Assembly: GCA_964187785.1 (NCBI GenBank)
Contig: OZ076413.1
Span: 45,448,001-45,512,000, forward strand
Direction of reading: 5' to 3'
Source of the DNA: Amphiscolops sp. MND2022
Lineage: Eukaryota
DNA length: 64,000 bases
The notes beneath the pieces were generated by a model, which did no database searches, was not told the DNA's origin, and was given only the letters and a program-made list of their open reading frames with translations. The position numbers were made by a program, and so were the translations under genes. This document shows positions 25,381 through 37,095 of this stretch, piece by piece. Position 1 is the first letter of the stretch. Every line of letters begins with the position of its first letter.

Positions 25381-27805
25381 CTGAAGGTTCATATGAGCAA
25401 ACGTCAACAGAACGTAATTTTTATATATTCTAAGGTTGTGAGCTTACTGCCAGGGAGGAATGACACATACGAGCGGTTAGAGCTCAGTTGTTAACATTAG
25501 TTGCGTAGATAGAAGATAGAAGGTAGTTCAACTTTCGCATCTTGTAGCCGACAAAATATAGTTTTAAAAGTGTTGCATTGAGATTGACGTTGTACCAACT
25601 GTCACCATTTAATCATTTTAGTTGGGGTTGTTGGGTGCTCGTTAACTATTCTAGGAGCCCTAGCGGATGACGAAGTTCATCTTGTAAATTGTGATCTGAG
25701 AAGTTTAAAAATATTGACTTTTCAAGCTTGAAAGAAAGCTTAATCACGTTGCAGCGTGATTTGAATTAAATCACAAACAAGTTTCACTGATTCTAGTATG
25801 CACAAGGAGAGAAAACACGTTTGAAATAATATAGACTATGGAGACATTTTGCATAGCGAATGTTTTAAGAACTTAACTACCTTTTAAAACCAAAACCACG
25901 TCTTTATTTGGTCCTTTTTGTGCTCATGCCTTTCCTGCTGTGTTGTGTTTAACACATCTTTGTCTTTAGTTTTATATTATTAAAACATCTACATAAAATT
26001 ATTTCATCGGAGCTAGAATAAAATTATTCATTTTCCGTAAACCATTTTTCGCATTCTTTCAATTTTCAAGGCACGCTTGAAAGAATTTTAGAAGTAAACG
26101 AATTCACAACAGCGCGTTTCTTGAAAGAACAAATTCCCCTCTACAAAAGAGACAATTGTCACTTGTGCAAATAATTCTCTATTGTTTCTCTTTGAAAAAG
26201 ACAATATGCGGCGCCTCTTGTGCGAGCAAGTATCTCTGAGAAGAAAACAATAGGCGCCACTTGTGCGGCCGGAGCTTCTCAATTTGAGAACAAAGATTAT
26301 TCAAGCGAGACCAAAAGTCCCCATTTGAGAGGACTAATTCCCCTGATATAAACAAAGATTGCATCAGCCAACTCGGCTAGCCGAGTTAAATGACTAGATG
26401 ATGCAATCTTTGCCGACTTGTACTCGGCCGTGCCTGGTCCCGAAGTCATTCCCGAGTAAGGACAGAGAATGTGACGTTATTTATTCGTGCCCAATAAAAT
26501 GCACCGATCAACGTGATTGGTTGCAGTGCTTTCTGATTTATATAAAAAGTCAAACATTTCTAAGACGATCATTCGCTTCTCACTGTTCTTCAACTCAAAC
26601 AAAAGTCACACTTGTAACTCTCTTCCCCTCAAAAATCAACAATTCTTCAGAACTTCACTCACTTCACTTTTCAGGTAAGTTATTTTCTTCAACTAAGAAA
26701 ATAACTATAAATTTACAAGTCAAAATTTCTTCCTTTTTCCTCTATTCTTGTCTTCGTGACAACAAATTCGCAGTCATTCGACTGAATAAAAAGTTAACCA
26801 ACAAGGTTCTGCTATGCAATCATAGGGAGTTCTATCTTGAGCTAAACGCTCCAAAAAAACAGCTTCTCGATTGAGACTTATCTTATCTCCAAAACACGCT
26901 ATCGCGTCAAGACTTAGCAAATGCTAGTCAAAGTTATCTTCATCATAAATAAAAGTTTAATTTAATCTCTCAAAATTATAGATCCGAAGCTTAAGTTCGA
27001 ATTTTCTGGCAATCCTTCACAAAAAGCAACCTAGCTAAACGCTGGTTAATAAGACCTTTACTTTACTTAGACTTGCAAGACTTCTTCAGAGTCTTGAAGT
27101 TAGACAAACTTGTCTTCGACTTAGCTATTGCTAGTCATATAAGTTAAAACCTTATATTTAAACTCTTCAGCTTCTTATAAGCTAGAAGTTCTGACAAATC
27201 TGTCACACCTTTGTCAAAAGACTTAGCACATCTCACTATTTAGTTGAGAAAATTAGGACACATTAAAAGGTCTGAACGGACTCAAAATTCAATACTCTTC
27301 GTCCTAACAAATTGTTGGACCTATAAGGACTCCGAAATTCCAGTTTTTATAGTACTTAAACAACACACCTGAATATTGAAACTTAAATCCCTTGATGCAT
27401 TTACTTGGTGAATGTTAAACAATTCTGAAATTATTGATTGGATGTTTGTATCAATTTGGATGATCATAATATTCTGTTTGTATTATATTCTTGCGTATTG
27501 TGTAAAGACGAACATTGTTGAGTATAATGCTCAAACTAATTCAAATTCTTTTCATAAAATTAAATTTTTCCCTAGAAACAAAGTCCTTCCTGCGAACTCG
27601 GAAGACCTAGAGACAAATTTTGTAAAAGTTTAGGAAGGCATAGTCGCAAGCTAACTCCTAAACACAACTCAGTAAGAATCACCGAAAGCTAATTTTCCTA
27701 AATCCACACGAACCTTTACAGCTGTTCGAAAGTACCAATTAAAGAAGGCTAATTTGCCCCGAACTTGAGTAGTTTTCAGGAAACACTATTTTAAAAGTCT
27801 TTCAG

Positions 27806-28210
27806 TTTTAGTCGGAACTTCATGAAGTGAAACGCGAATATTATAGTGACTCTTTTTTGAAATTTCTTCTTCAATCCCCACGAAATGGCCAAAATAGTTC
27901 TGAAAAGTTATACGAGCTGGACTATAAGAGATGTTCCTTCTTTAGCATAACATACAAAACTGGAAGAGACTAAAGGGTCCCCTCTTTCAGTTTTTTCGCC
28001 ATTGTGACTTTTTCCCCCTTTCAATTGTTTGATGGTTTGCGGCAAAATGACAGAATGAATGAAAAATCTCAAAGGAACCCACCTGACCAATTCGGTCCAA
28101 CTTTTGAGTTTTTTGGGTACTGTGAAAGAGATCACTTGGATACTTTGGAATCATTTGGCTGTTTTTGAGCCTTAGATATGGCGCCGACTTGGGCCGGTCC
28201 CGGCTTGTTT
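27806..28210 (+). mobile_element. HINE/DINE-like element, copy 2
   Basis: T-run, AGTCGG sub-TIR; right end CCGACT, GCCGGTCCCGGC hairpin, TTGTTT. Confidence 0.7.
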
Positions 28211-29932
28211 CAAGTACACTGAGACCCTAAACTTGTGGGATATGAACATTGCAGACATAAACGTAACAAGTGTTGACGTCATAGTTTAGTATCATAGAGT
28301 AAAAACTTGAAGGCCAACAACAACCTCAAAACGATTAAGTGAGAGTTCATGTCATTATTGGAAGCCCATGACATAGCGCTAACTTGCCCAGCCTTTGTTG
28401 TTTTGAAACTTGTGATCAACCACTTTTACACCATTAATTGAAGTTGAGTGATCGAGAGATGCTGGCTGGGCACAGCAACGACACAACACTTTCAGGCTAA
28501 CTCGAGTTTATTTCTCGGTCTCAGGAACCAGACAACTGCAAACGGACAAGTATGACTGAACGACGAACAAACGAAGCGTTTGACGATTTAACAGCGTATA
28601 AAATATCCCCATCATCACAAATGGTCAATCAATTAACTCGTACAAGAGGATAATGACTTTTGGGACTTCGGTTATGTACATTACAAACCAGGAAAGCAAC
28701 ATAATTGCTACAATTGGAATCCAATGACAACTAATGGAATCGCTGCTGGTTGGGAACATATTCATCCAATCATCGTTCCAAAAATCAATTCACATGGGAC
28801 TCCGCTTGAAGAAAACAATAATGATGAATGAAATCATCCGATTTCACGTTTCCTACAGGCGAAGAAACATTTCTGAAAATGATTGGGTATGAGAGCCTCA
28901 AAGTCTTTACGATCAAGCCTAGCACAACTCAGGGGACGAGCGTTCAATACTAGGCCGCGAACTTCGGAAAGTGTTTCAAAGAGTAAGCTCTATCTCGCTC
29001 TCCGGGCGTTGTATAATCGTTGTCAACATCCCATTCATAAGTATGTTGACACTCACGCTTTTTTGAGCTCATAAGTGTTTTTCTCATCAACTTTAATCCA
29101 TTTTCTCAGATTCCTAATTCTTCTTGAGAACACGAGAGAGCTAGAACATGACACGGTCTCCTTGACGTAGAAGCATCGACAGGGTTTTGCCACACATCAT
29201 CCTTGACTGTGTAAAACAAGCAGAATGAGACAATATTGAATATTTGAATTCAAGAAAACATACTCAATTCTTTATTGAATACTCAATTTATTCAAAAACT
29301 CTTTCCATATCCTTTTGTAAAGGTCAAGTCCAAAACACTTACTTTACATACTTAGCTTTTTCTTAGCTCTTAAAGACAAACATAGCAGCAAAAAGTTTTT
29401 TAAATGTTTTTTTTTGTGTTTTTTCTTTAAATTGATATTGATTATCTTTGATTTTAGTGCAAGAAAATAGTGACGGAACGAGCGCTCGCGGGATTTCACG
29501 TTCGCCTGTATGTTTCTCGCTAAGAACTGAAAACATATGAGTATAATGGGTCATTTTTGGGCCTGCGAGTTTTAATATCTGGAGATGCACAGACTTGGAT
29601 ATAAGTTTAAAAATCTCATTGCGGAAAAAAGCCAGCTACCGGACACTCTTGCCACTAGCATTTTACGAATACTAACATTAGTTTCCCCTCTCAGTCATCA
29701 ACTGAATGGTCGAAAAAGAAGCGGTAACAAAAACATATATGCGAATTTGCGCTGCACATTGGAAAATTTTTTTCAAGTAATTTTCTTTTTTAATATTTTG
29801 CTTGGTTTGTGTAGCTCAGCATTTGAAATTTTAACCTTTTCGAACTAAACATTGCGTAGTTTGCACACGAGCCATTTCGTTAGAGGTCATTTCCACTGGA
29901 AAAGTTATTTAGAAGTTTTGAAGTGGTCCATA

Positions 29933-31070
29933 TGTCATGCCTGCCAAGCATGAAGGAAATAAATGAACCCTAAAATACCAATTCATACATCAAACTCCCT
30001 AAAATACAAATCATCATGTAAATACATTACAGTAATTTAATTGCCGAACAATACAGTTGAACACATAACGACTGAAACCAACAATCATCCATTCATGTTA
30101 TTGTGCATCGTTTAAACATCCATCCATGTTATTGTGCATCGTTTAAAAACCAGGACTGGAATATCCAGTCACTGCAGATGATTTATACATGTACGACTGA
30201 AACAATCAGTCATCAGCTATCGTGATGGTGCATCATTTAACCATTGTTTTTTACACTTTTTATATTACATGTAAAGTATTACTAGAATACTCAATCATTT
30301 CACAACATTTCGTCTATTTATATCAGTAATTAGTGCAGTATCCATTAGTAAATTACTTCAAAACGATATTTAAAGCAGTCACTATGATGATAAGGATACA
30401 CGGTAGTAAAGCCTCAGTTTAAGAGGTAATTGAGTTAATCGAACACGGAAATGACTGGTGCTTGCGGTCATACTACATCAAACAAGAGTAATTAAACACC
30501 TATTATCACCCGCGACGACTGGTAGTTGCAGTCGTCAAGTGCAATTAAACAACAATTAGTAGATTGAACGTCATTGGCTAAAAGGGAAGGTGCTAACACA
30601 CTTTTATAATTACTCAATCGGGCAATACCGAACAGACACGAATTGTAACTTCTGACGAGACAAGTTGCTTACTACCGTATCTTGAAATCACCAATTCTTA
30701 CTTAAACCTAACACACTTCAATTCAAACTTATAGTCTCCAACCTCTTTATGGTAACTACCAGATTCCAAAGTAATCAAAATAGACAGACAGAAAACGGAA
30801 TTATGGACAGGTCAAGCGATAGTGAAAACGAAACTAGTTTCCCTGATGTCTTATCGAGAGATCAAATTGCTGACCTTGACTCTGAGGACGTATTAACCAG
30901 GCGTCAGAATAACAATAACTATGACATAGATTATCGGTTTAACGAAATAAATAGACAAATCGGAGACCTTACGGACATTGTACTTAGTTTAACTAATCAG
31001 TTAGCCTCCGTTAATGGAGAAGGGAACAGACTTAATGCGGTTACTACCAATACCAACAGTCGTTCCGACA
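29933..31070 (+). repeat. Element B 5' LTR
   Basis: Direct repeat of 44004-45141; contains a 31-bp tandem dimer at 30086-30147. Confidence 0.97.
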
Positions 31071-32287
31071 TGGTGACAGGAGTCTCGAACTCACGACCAT
31101 CAGGATCTCGGACAACACCACCCAGCGGAACACCAAGAAGTGACGCCAGTATTCCGCAGTTGACCGATGTGATGACGGAAATCCACCATCTCCGCAGCAC
31201 CATGGGGGAAACCTTGACCCAGCCAAAAATCCTGCAGACCCAAGTACCCCTATTTAAAGGAAACCGAGACAAATACAACGAATTTGAACATCTATTGCTC
31301 AATCACTTACGACCACATGCCCACAAGCTCACCGAGGAACAAAAGCTCAACTACTTCCAGAGTCTCCTCAGGGATGATGCGATTGAGTTTTGGCAAACAC
31401 TCCTGATCACAACGGAAACAACACTGAGAGACATACTGACGGCATTCAAAAAGGAATATGCAAAAGAGGAACTCTCAGAAGTCTCGAAATTCAAATTTGA
31501 CCAGCTTCGGTATGACCCAACAACCGAGTCATTTAGTACCTTCCTTGCAAACTACAAAAAGATTGCCAAACAAGCATACGGAGACAAGGCACAGGAAATC
31601 GTTCAAACCTTCCTGTTCGCCAAACTACCAATTCAGCTTCAAAATGAATTGGCAATCGCTGGAAAACACAACGCCAGCATCGAGGACATTAAAACGTTCG
31701 TTCAGAGGAGATGCCAGTATGCACAGTTGTTACCAAACCAACAACTGCTCCAACCATTTAATCAGGCTATTCAGACGCAAGAAGTCCCCAACAAGCCAGT
31801 CACCCAGAAACGAACCGAAAATGAACGACCACCTACCAAGAAGAAATTTGATGGCAATTGCAGATACTGCGCGATATACGGACACAAATGGGCAGAGTGT
31901 CGAAAACGACAGCGAGACGAGGCAGCGGGTAACAGCAACTCTCAGGCTCAGAAAAAGCCCGAACAACAGAACAACAACCACGCAGAAACACAACCGAAAT
32001 ACAACGCCAAACTGGTCTGCCAAATTTGCGGGTACACAGGCCACTCTGCAAAAGACTGCAGGTATAGAATACCCCAAACTTCTGCCTACGGAAGTGTGCC
32101 CTACAACAGACAAACCACAACTGAAAACAGGGACTTCCGACGTGACTTCAGAAGAGCACAAAATAGCCCCTACCCAACCAATGAAATGAATGAGTTCACA
32201 CCAGGGGAACAACAACACCAAACCAACGATGAGTACTACCAACAGGACTTCACCGAAGCATCATCTAGCCAGCCAAAAAACTTCTGA
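30749..32287 (+). CDS. gag: Element B Gag (512 aa), starts inside the LTR
   Basis: Open ORF; capsid-like LFKGNRDKYNEFE region; two CCHC knuckles (CRYCAIYGHKWAEC, CQICGYTGHSAKDC). Confidence 0.95.
   Translation: MVTTRFQSNQNRQTENGIMDRSSDSENETSFPDVLSRDQIADLDSEDVLTRRQNNNNYDIDYRFNEINRQIGDLTDIVLSLTNQLASVNGEGNRLNAVTTNTNSRSDMVTGVSNSRPSGSRTTPPSGTPRSDASIPQLTDVMTEIHHLRSTMGETLTQPKILQTQVPLFKGNRDKYNEFEHLLLNHLRPHAHKLTEEQKLNYFQSLLRDDAIEFWQTLLITTETTLRDILTAFKKEYAKEELSEVSKFKFDQLRYDPTTESFSTFLANYKKIAKQAYGDKAQEIVQTFLFAKLPIQLQNELAIAGKHNASIEDIKTFVQRRCQYAQLLPNQQLLQPFNQAIQTQEVPNKPVTQKRTENERPPTKKKFDGNCRYCAIYGHKWAECRKRQRDEAAGNSNSQAQKKPEQQNNNHAETQPKYNAKLVCQICGYTGHSAKDCRYRIPQTSAYGSVPYNRQTTTENRDFRRDFRRAQNSPYPTNEMNEFTPGEQQHQTNDEYYQQDFTEASSSQPKNF
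31071..31082 (+). other. Element B primer binding site TGGTGACAGGAG
   Basis: Immediately after the 5' LTR CA; same 12-mer as in element A; lies within Gag codons M-V-T-G. Confidence 0.88.
32275..32281 (+). promoter_or_regulatory. -1 ribosomal frameshift slippery heptamer A_AAA_AAC
   Basis: In phase with gag, just before its stop; the -1 frame is open into pol; same heptamer in element A at 12548-12542. Confidence 0.85.
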
Positions 32288-35200
32288 AGCCACGTCATTC
32301 GACTGACCACTACAATAACAAAGTGCGCAACACAAACAACTACTACTACACAAAGAACTACAAAAACCGGGCAACTGATCTTCGGCAGGATCAGAAACCC
32401 ATGACTCCATCTACCCACGAGACAACCAACAACGAAGCGAACTCTCCCTCCGAACCAACAGAGGTGATTTTACAACCGACAGAAGACAGACAGCACTCTA
32501 ACTTGACTATGACGACTGACTGTACAAGAAAAACAACAAACCACAAGAAGGACGTGGCGATCCAGGTGTTAACAGCAACACTTCAGTTAAACAAAAAGGA
32601 CAAGATGTTATACGTCCCATTGCAATTCAGAGCATACGAGAACCATGGCCTCCTCGACACGGGAGCAATAAGGAGTGCCATGTCAGAAGACGAACTCAGA
32701 CGGATCTTGTCAGCTCATCCAGCAGCACTTCTCGAAGAATACCCAGCACCGGACTTCAAAATCCAAATTGCCAACGGTAGCATCGTCCCAGTCCGGAAAC
32801 AAGTATTACTCCGATTTTTCATTGGCGGTAAAGTATTCGAGGAAACCTTTATGATTCTACCAACCATGGGCAACATCTTGATCGGAATGTCCTTCTTCAA
32901 GAAATACTCAGTGACGCTTGACCTTGCCAATAACGTGGTCAAATTCCCAGACATTACCCTTCAACTTAAACCAGAAAGAGGCCGATACAAAGTCCAGATG
33001 CTCGAACTACGCACATCGCAGAAAATAGTGGTACAACCGGATCACCAAATCATGGTCCCTGTCATAGCAGAAAAGGACCTCGGGACAATCCAGGGCACTG
33101 TAGAAACCTTTCCAGCTTTCGAAAGGAAGACCCAACTACTAGTGTCCCCTGCTCTAACACAAATCACTGAGATGAAAAGCCATGTCCAGATCACCAACCT
33201 CACCTGCCACACAATCACCCTCAACCCGAACACGACAGTGGCCACATTCAGAATAATGACTCCCAACCAGGCAAAGAACCTACAACCGATGTCAAACGAA
33301 CAATTGACACTGATCACCAAATACCCAGACGAAGCTGATAATGTATTGAACCAGCTGTTCCAGGAGCCCGGCACCGAAACCAACCGCCGATGGTACCCAA
33401 CACCGGAGACCTGTGATGACCCGTCCAAGTTGAACCGCATTGAAAGGCGGATATATGACGAAATCACTAAACTCCGTGAGGAAGAGAAACTGGATTCAAC
33501 AGCAGACGACAAACAACGCAAGGAGTTCCTTGCCAACTTCAAATGGGAAAACTCAATCCTGAATGAGCACGAACGACAACAGATTGAGAACCTCCTTGTG
33601 AAGTATAACAATGTGTTCGCCAGACACCGCCTTGACATAGGCATCAATACCGACTTCAAAATTCAACTCACCCCGAAGCACGATGAGCCAGTCTACGCGC
33701 AGAGTTTACCCACACCCACAAATCTCAAAGACGACCTACTCGTCGAGCTAGCACTGATGCAGGAGTACGGAATCATCACGACGTTGCCATACAGCAAGTA
33801 TTCCTCACCAATATTCGCTCAGCGCAAACCTAACGGGAAACTCCGCATACTCGTGGACCTGCGCAGAATCAACCACCTCCTGAAAAATGATTACAACCAA
33901 CATAATCATCCAGTAACCACCATCGCCGACGCCGCCCAGCACATGGCAGGAAAAAAGTATTTCTGCAAGCTGGACTGTTCGCAGGCGTACCACTGCCTGC
34001 AGATGGCGGACGAGCAATCCATACAACTTCTGGCATTTAACTTCGGCAGCCGCACATTCGCTTATTTACGACTGGCACAGGGACTCAACCGATCCTTGTC
34101 AGCATTCAACAGCACAGTACGAGAATACGTTGATGCACTCGTGAAAGCGGACAAATGCGCGCAATATGTCGATGACATTGGGATTGCTGCCCACACCGTT
34201 GATGAACTACTGTCCAACATTGAAGCTGTGTTCCAGCAAATCCAGAAAGCAGGATTGAAACTATCAATGGCAAAATGTGCGTTTGGCCACCCACAAATTG
34301 ATTTCCTTGGGAGAAGCATCACATCAAAGGGTGTCGCCCCACTCGAAGACAAAATTGATGACTTCCTCAAAAAGATCAAACTACCCACATCAGTCAAATC
34401 CCTCCAAAGGTACATCGGGTTTGTCCAGTTCTACAGGCAGTACATACCACGCCTGGCAGAAAAGCTCACCCCATTGTACAAACTGCTACAGAAAGATGTG
34501 AAATTCCAACTGAACCAACAACACAAGGACACCATTTTCGAGATTAACGAAAACTTTGCCAAAGCTGCGAAACTCTCACTACGCCTACCATTACCCGACA
34601 AACAACTTGTTATAATGTGTGACGCCAGTGAGCACGCGGCAGGATATGTCCTCCTGATAGAAGACTACACCGAAACTAACGACGGACCAATGAAGACGTA
34701 CGCACCAGTATCATTTGGATCCCAACGATTCACGGAGGGCCAAATGTCACTTACAATGTATGCGAAAGAATTCCTGGCGATGCATTTCGCATTCGACGAA
34801 TTCGCACACATACTCTGGGGTGTCAAGAAACCAACAATTGTAATGACGGACAATAAAGCACTGACCCGTTTTTTCCAGTCCAAACGAATTCCCCCGAAGC
34901 TATGGAATTACTGCGATCAGACGCTTCAATTCGAATTCGTACTTGCCCATGTTCCTGGAACTGAGAATCCTGCTGCAGACTACCTGTCTCGTCTTGACAT
35001 ACGACCAGAGGAGAGAATCCACCTCAAACTCAACGACGAGATACCAGTCTTTCACGTCGAGATCGACCTGGCGTCACGGACACCGAAGCAGGACGAAGAA
35101 GAAGAAGAATACATACCTGATGACCAACAAACCACCACCACCAAACAAAATGAAGCCATCAACGCCATACTGGACCAGGTCCCCATGTGCAGTGACGAAT

Positions 35201-37095
35201 CGAGTGGACAGTTTCGCGAGAGGATAGAAACCATCCGTCATCAGATCACACCCATCATCACAGGGCAACATGACGAGATGACGTTCACCCGATTCAGGCG
35301 AAAGCTTCATGACAACGTGGTAAACCAGGTATGCCCCAATGGGGAGTTTCAAATCATCCAGGATCAACTCGTAAACCTTGACATCCAACGCATGATTAGA
35401 ATTTTGAATCAAAAGGAAACCCTTCCTAATCATGTGAACTTTGAAAGTCAGTTTTTCCAAAAACTAGTCAAAAACAAGAAAAGACTTGAAGTAGTGAACA
35501 ACATTTTGTACAGGAACTTTTTCGATGGTACAGGTAAAATTAAGTGTAAACAAATTGTCACACCTACTGAAACTATCCAAAAAATCATCCAATCTTTGCA
35601 CGATGACCCTCTGCAAGGTCACCCTGGTTGTAATAAAATGCTCCACGAGCTACGTAAAAGGTACTACTCCCCGAACCTCTCTGAACTGGTACTGCAATAC
35701 GTCTCGAACTGTCAGGACTGCATCCGCTCAAAACCAATCCGAAAAGCTGAAATCACACCACCACTCCAACAAATATATGACCCTTGTAACGGACCAGAAG
35801 ACATACTAGAAATTGATTTAGTCGGTGAACTCCCACCCTCCAACGGATTCACACACATACTCACTGCATGCGACTACTTTTCTAGGTACCTCTTCGCAAT
35901 ACCTATCCGTAAACCGGACACAAAGTCGGTCGTAGAAGCGCTTATGCAAATTTTTACACAACATTCCTACGTACCCAAGACAATCCTAACAGACAAAGGA
36001 TCAACGTTCACAGCCCAACTGTTCAACTCCCTGATGGAGTCTGCCGGTATAAAAATCGCACACGCATCTGTCAAACACCCGCAAACGGTCGGAATGGTTG
36101 AACGTTCTCACCAGAGACTAAAGCAAATCCTTAAAATTAACATCTCAGCTGATTCACCACAATGGCATAAATACGTCAACATGGCCGTAATGGCCCATAA
36201 CACAACCTACCACCAGGCTATTCGATGTACACCCACTGAAATTTTCCACGGACGTGTTCCATTCAATGCCCTTGATGTCAAATTCGGAAACCCACTAACT
36301 GAACAACGCAACACTACCGACGTCACTGGGATACTCGATAACATGAACAAAAAATTCCAACAAACACATGACAACATAATCGAAGCCTTCCACAAATACA
36401 AGAATTACTATGACCGAAAAGCGCAAGCTTCACCTCTGAAAGTAAATGACTTCACCTTTCTGCTAAACAAAAGACTGTCTCAACAATCTGACAAAATTCC
36501 ATTCAAGGAATTCAAGTGGGAAGGCCCATACAAAGTGGTCAAAGTCTTGTCCAATTCAAATTACATTATACGTAAGATTGGAACTCTTCGCACTCAATGC
36601 GTTCACAGAATGAGGCTCCGCCCATTTACACCAAACGCACCAATTGAAGACATTCAAGACAATTCATCACAATACTTTGAAGATCCTGATGCCCTCAACG
36701 AACAGGAGCTGTTCGACAATCACCTACCAAATCCTGCTCACGAACAACCACAACACGCAATCCCTGAACAATCGGACTTCGAAGAACTACAGGCCGACCA
36801 TGGAATGATATACTACGAACGACAAAGCATAGAACCAGATCAAAACATTTCCATACCTGAAAGCCAAGCTGAAACACAAGTACCACAACCAGACACCGTT
36901 ACCTCGAACAATTCTGAAACAAACAACAATAAATATCAAACAAATGACCGCCCTCCACCGACATCACGACACACTATGTCTCGGTACGGACTCAGACACA
37001 ACCCAAAACCTACCACGTACCCTGACTTCCTGATGCACGAACTACACGGAACGCCTTCGCTTCAACAGCTGCTTCTGAAAAACAGAAACCTATAA
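32278..37095 (+). CDS. pol: Element B Pol (protease, RT, RNase H, integrase), expressed by -1 frameshift
   Basis: Open frame of ~1,600 codons: LLDTGA, YVDD, CDAS, HHCC finger, D-D-E, WEGPY. Confidence 0.97.
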   Translation, partial: KLLKPRHSTDHYNNKVRNTNNYYYTKNYKNRATDLRQDQKPMTPSTHETTNNEANSPSEPTEVILQPTEDRQHSNLTMTTDCTRKTTNHKKDVAIQVLTATLQLNKKDKMLYVPLQFRAYENHGLLDTGAIRSAMSEDELRRILSAHPAALLEEYPAPDFKIQIANGSIVPVRKQVLLRFFIGGKVFEETFMILPTMGNILIGMSFFKKYSVTLDLANNVVKFPDITLQLKPERGRYKVQMLELRTSQKIVVQPDHQIMVPVIAEKDLGTIQGTVETFPAFERKTQLLVSPALTQITEMKSHVQITNLTCHTITLNPNTTVATFRIMTPNQAKNLQPMSNEQLTLITKYPDEADNVLNQLFQEPGTETNRRWYPTPETCDDPSKLNRIERRIYDEITKLREEEKLDSTADDKQRKEFLANFKWENSILNEHERQQIENLLVKYNNVFARHRLDIGINTDFKIQLTPKHDEPVYAQSLPTPTNLKDDLLVELALMQEYGIITTLPYSKYSSPIFAQRKPNGKLRILVDLRRINHLLKNDYNQHNHPVTTIADAAQHMAGKKYFCKLDCSQAYHCLQMADEQSIQLLAFNFGSRTFAYLRLAQGLNRSLSAFNSTVREYVDALVKADKCAQYVDDIGIAAHTVDELLSNIEAVFQQIQKAGLKLSMAKCAFGHPQIDFLGRSITSKGVAPLEDKIDDFLKKIKLPTSVKSLQRYIGFVQFYRQYIPRLAEKLTPLYKLLQKDVKFQLNQQHKDTIFEINENFAKAAKLSLRLPLPDKQLVIMCDASEHAAGYVLLIEDYTETNDGPMKTYAPVSFGSQRFTEGQMSLTMYAKEFLAMHFAFDEFAHILWGVKKPTIVMTDNKALTRFFQSKRIPPKLWNYCDQTLQFEFVLAHVPGTENPAADYLSRLDIRPEERIHLKLNDEIPVFHVEIDLASRTPKQDEEEEEYIPDDQQTTTTKQNEAINAILDQVPMCSDESSGQFRERIETIRHQITPIITGQHDEMTFTRFRRKLHDNVVNQVCPNGEFQIIQDQLVNLDIQRMIRILNQKETLPNHVNFESQFFQKLVKNKKRLEVVNNILYRNFFDGTGKIKCKQIVTPTETIQKIIQSLHDDPLQGHPGCNKMLHELRKRYYSPNLSELVLQYVSNCQDCIRSKPIRKAEITPPLQQIYDPCNGPEDILEIDLVGELPPSNGFTHILTACDYFSRYLFAIPIRKPDTKSVVEALMQIFTQHSYVPKTILTDKGSTFTAQLFNSLMESAGIKIAHASVKHPQTVGMVERSHQRLKQILKINISADSPQWHKYVNMAVMAHNTTYHQAIRCTPTEIFHGRVPFNALDVKFGNPLTEQRNTTDVTGILDNMNKKFQQTHDNIIEAFHKYKNYYDRKAQASPLKVNDFTFLLNKRLSQQSDKIPFKEFKWEGPYKVVKVLSNSNYIIRKIGTLRTQCVHRMRLRPFTPNAPIEDIQDNSSQYFEDPDALNEQELFDNHLPNPAHEQPQHAIPEQSDFEELQADHGMIYYERQSIEPDQNISIPESQAETQVPQPDTVTSNNSETNNNKYQTNDRPPPTSRHTMSRYGLRHNPKPTTYPDFLMHELHGTPSLQQLLLKNRNL

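Noticed and set aside
30086..30147. CRISPR-like repeat
   Set aside because: Two adjacent 31-bp units without spacers inside a eukaryotic LTR; no cas genes.
31458..32242. Overlapping ORFs of 243 aa (+) and 170 aa (-) within gag B
   Set aside because: Shadow frames favoured by the A/C-rich strand bias; no motifs.
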